Of a DNA stretch of 64,000 nt, positions 63,618-64,000 are shown piece after piece. The notes beneath the pieces are model-generated. The model was not told the DNA's origin. It did no database searches and was given only the letters and a program-made list of their open reading frames with translations. Location of the stretch: contig CAJFCJ010000021.1 in assembly GCA_904063045.1 (NCBI GenBank), forward strand, positions 1 to 64,000. The letters run 5' to 3'. Both the position numbers and the translations under genes were made by a program. How positions within the stretch are numbered: the stretch's first letter is position 1; each line of letters starts with the position of its first letter. The DNA comes from Dimorphilus gyrociliatus (taxonomy: Eukaryota > Animalia > Annelida).

Positions 63618-64000
63618 AGAGTTTGTCTTATACTTGTATCAGTTTTATGTAGAAAATTCACAGACTTCTTAGTTCAATAGAGGAAAATTCATAGACCATC
63701 GTTGTATAATTTTGGTATATCATCTTGAAGTGTAAACAAACTAGTTCCAGTATAGAAAGATAGAGAAGTAAAGTTTTACCAGTATGGTTTGACGAATATT
63801 ATTAAATAAAATATATAGAAGAGACGCCACAGACGCCCTCCTACGTACGCTGTATAGAAACTATAGTAGTATTTATAAATGTAGTAATATATAAATATAT
63901 ATATTAAGTATTTTCTTTACTTGATAATGTATTATTAAATGCTAATGTTCAACAGCAAACTTACTCAAAAAACCATCCGAACGTGCATTTATATTGTCTA

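Noticed and set aside
1-64000. tRNA, rRNA, snRNA, CRISPR arrays, intact transposons or TIR elements, prokaryotic-type systems
   Set aside because: No recognisable signatures on either strand by eye; covariance-model and repeat searches were not possible.

Overview
Eukaryotic, strongly AT-rich, gene-dense DNA from a compact invertebrate genome. Most introns are about 55-90 nt, GT-AG, standard code; a spiralian such as a miniature annelid is plausible but is inference only. I assembled about 17 spliced genes by hand. Conserved genes: CREBRF, MIEAP/SPATA18-domain protein, BUD23, beta-TrCP, ENTPD4/7, IMP3, PPP2R3C, an ETH-receptor-like GPCR, SNRNP35, RNF180-like, PKA RII, PPIP5K, a cystathionine/methionine gamma-lyase-like enzyme and GAD. 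Three genes are not evident from the ORF track or lack an obvious family: (1) a TNFR-like single-pass receptor whose tail carries an ITAM-like YxxL pair overlapping a TRAF6-type motif; (2) a PH-less Melted/VEPH1-like protein; (3) an EGF-TM-SH3 receptor. Other notable signals: a tandemly duplicated alternative last exon in PPP2R3C, a candidate antisense gene nested in PKA RII intron 1, a CRE/E-box/uORF regulatory architecture on CREBRF, and at least 18 dispersed TA-C(A/T)G-TA motifs in TA repeats that match Tc1/Sleeping-Beauty-type excision footprints. No rRNA, tRNA, CRISPR or intact transposon was seen. All exon models and family calls come from reading by eye and recalled family motifs, not from database searches.
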